NCBI GenBank assembly: GCA_951406725.2
Contig: OX597817.1
Span: 39,060,001 to 39,124,000, forward strand
Direction: 5' to 3'
Length of the DNA: 64,000 nt
DNA from: Octopus vulgaris
Lineage: Eukaryota
Part shown: in pieces, positions 62,624 through 64,000 of the stretch
Numbering within the stretch: position 1 is the stretch's first letter
How the letters are laid out: each line of letters starts with the position of its first letter
Notes under the pieces: model-generated
The model's database searches: none
Seen by the model: only the letters and a program-made list of their open reading frames with translations
Told to the model about the DNA's origin: nothing
Translations under genes and position numbers: made by a program

Positions 62624-62964
62624 GTAAGTATAACACTTTCCTTTTTTTCTTCTTCCTTTAAATGGTGTGAAGAAACTTAAAAAAAGAAAAAAAGTGTCTG
62701 CATGTATAATTATGGAATATTTAATAGTCCCTTAACATGTACCTGTGTGAGTCTTTTCTGCCCTCTGGTTAGTTTTAGCCACATGGCTCTGGCCATGCTG
62801 GACTACAAACCATTTTGTTATAACTTCAATATAATTTTGTTTTAGCAAGTGTTAATGCCTACATTTATACAATATATGATGGAGTATTTTCATATTGTGG
62901 GGATAATTCGAACGTTGCGTATTTAATATTTCTACTTTGTGATATTAATAGTGATAGTTTGGAT

Positions 62965-63180
62965 GAGGTAGTAAGCTGGTGGAATTGTTAGCACACTGGG
63001 CAAAATGCACAGTCGTTTCGTCTGTCTTAACATTCTGTGTTCAAAGTGTGCTAAGGTCGATTTTGTCTTTCATCCTTTTGGAGGTCGATAAAATAAGTAC
63101 CAATTGAGTACTGGGGTCAATATAATCGACTTACCCCCTCCTCTGAAATTGCTGGCCTTGCGCAAAAATTTGAGACCGAT
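62965..63180 (+). mobile_element. SINE family C
   Basis: Shares CTTTCATCC..GTCGATAAAATAAGTACC..GAAATTGCTGGCCTTGYGC with minus-strand copies at about 27320..27510, 37540..37650, 47140..47275 and 55140..55350. Confidence 0.7.
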
Positions 63181-64000
63181 AATGATAGTTCGGATGAGAT
63201 ACAAAGTATTTTAAAAACAAAAAGTAAGATTGAGTTATCTCCCATAACGCTGAAGTTTTTTTTTTCGTTTGTTACCAAAGAACAATGTAAATGTAAGCTT
63301 TTAAAACAAACATCAAAATATACTCGCAAGTTATACTTTTATCCACGTTTGTAATATTTACAATTATACTGGTGTGTCATGTTTCTATATTCAAATTACA
63401 TCGTGGGTAGTTTTCAGTCTTTTATAGCTAGTCAAATTTTAGAAAAAGGCTGTAGGGGTGGCAAAATCTGTAGGGTACTGATTATCCTATTTGATTCAAT
63501 GCACCGCTATATTTTCAAATCCTGGTCATAACTATCTTGATTTCTAGGGCTCATAGGGGGCGGTTATCTGCTTTCTATGACATGTATGTGGCAGAGTATT
63601 CCCCTTGAATAGGATTTTGGTTCATCACAGGGTCACTCACACTCAGCTGAGTGGAGTGTAGCCAAGCAAAATGAAATTTTTACTCAAGAACACAATGCAT
63701 CGCCTGGTCTGGCATCAAAAGCATGATATTGCAACTGTGAGTGCATCACCCTAACCACTTGGCCATACACCTTCACCTTTTAGGATGGATAAATAACTGC
63801 TCTCCATGCAACGTTTCCATTAATGTGTAGTACTAAATTTACTCAAATTTTCACGTGGTGCAAATTTATTTTTACCTGTGACAGTATATACTTGTGTATA
63901 TGCTAATCTGAAAATGTTTCAAGATAAATTTGGGGCAATCTATTTCAACATTAGTTTGTTTTTAATGAGGGTTGATGACAATATTACAATTACCTTTAAA

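Overview
AT-rich, repeat-dense animal genomic DNA, most likely octopus or another coleoid cephalopod (inferred from the SINE/RTE repertoire and the (TA)n/(CA)n/(CAT)n microsatellites). There are two spliced genes in divergent, head-to-head orientation. ZW10 is complete on the minus strand (7 coding exons, 21467->5371, 761 aa). SCFD1/SLY1 is on the plus strand with its first 16 coding exons present (28384->62623, 458 codons, continuing beyond the window). All exon phases join in frame with GT-AG introns. The rest is introns and spacer filled with RTE LINE fragments, tRNA-derived SINEs, TTAA- and TA-flanked MITEs, a non-autonomous Helitron, and mariner, Merlin and Gypsy remnants. I cannot demonstrate a new biological system from sequence alone. 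The strongest leads are: (1) ZW10, the Dsl1 orthologue, sits head-to-head with its functional partner SLY1, each with a TGACGTGR (UPRE/CREB3-type) motif near its start; (2) a young HERO-type retroelement 3' end is inserted in frame into a Dong/R4 endonuclease domain and brings a highly structured 3' UTR; (3) a 29-bp minisatellite is the expanded arm of an inverted repeat; (4) a nested inverted-repeat structure lies in ZW10 intron 3; (5) a Merlin::mariner junction and a templated-insertion scar in an RTE. Exon coordinates were read base by base. Repeat boundaries are approximate and family names come from recalled motifs, not database searches.
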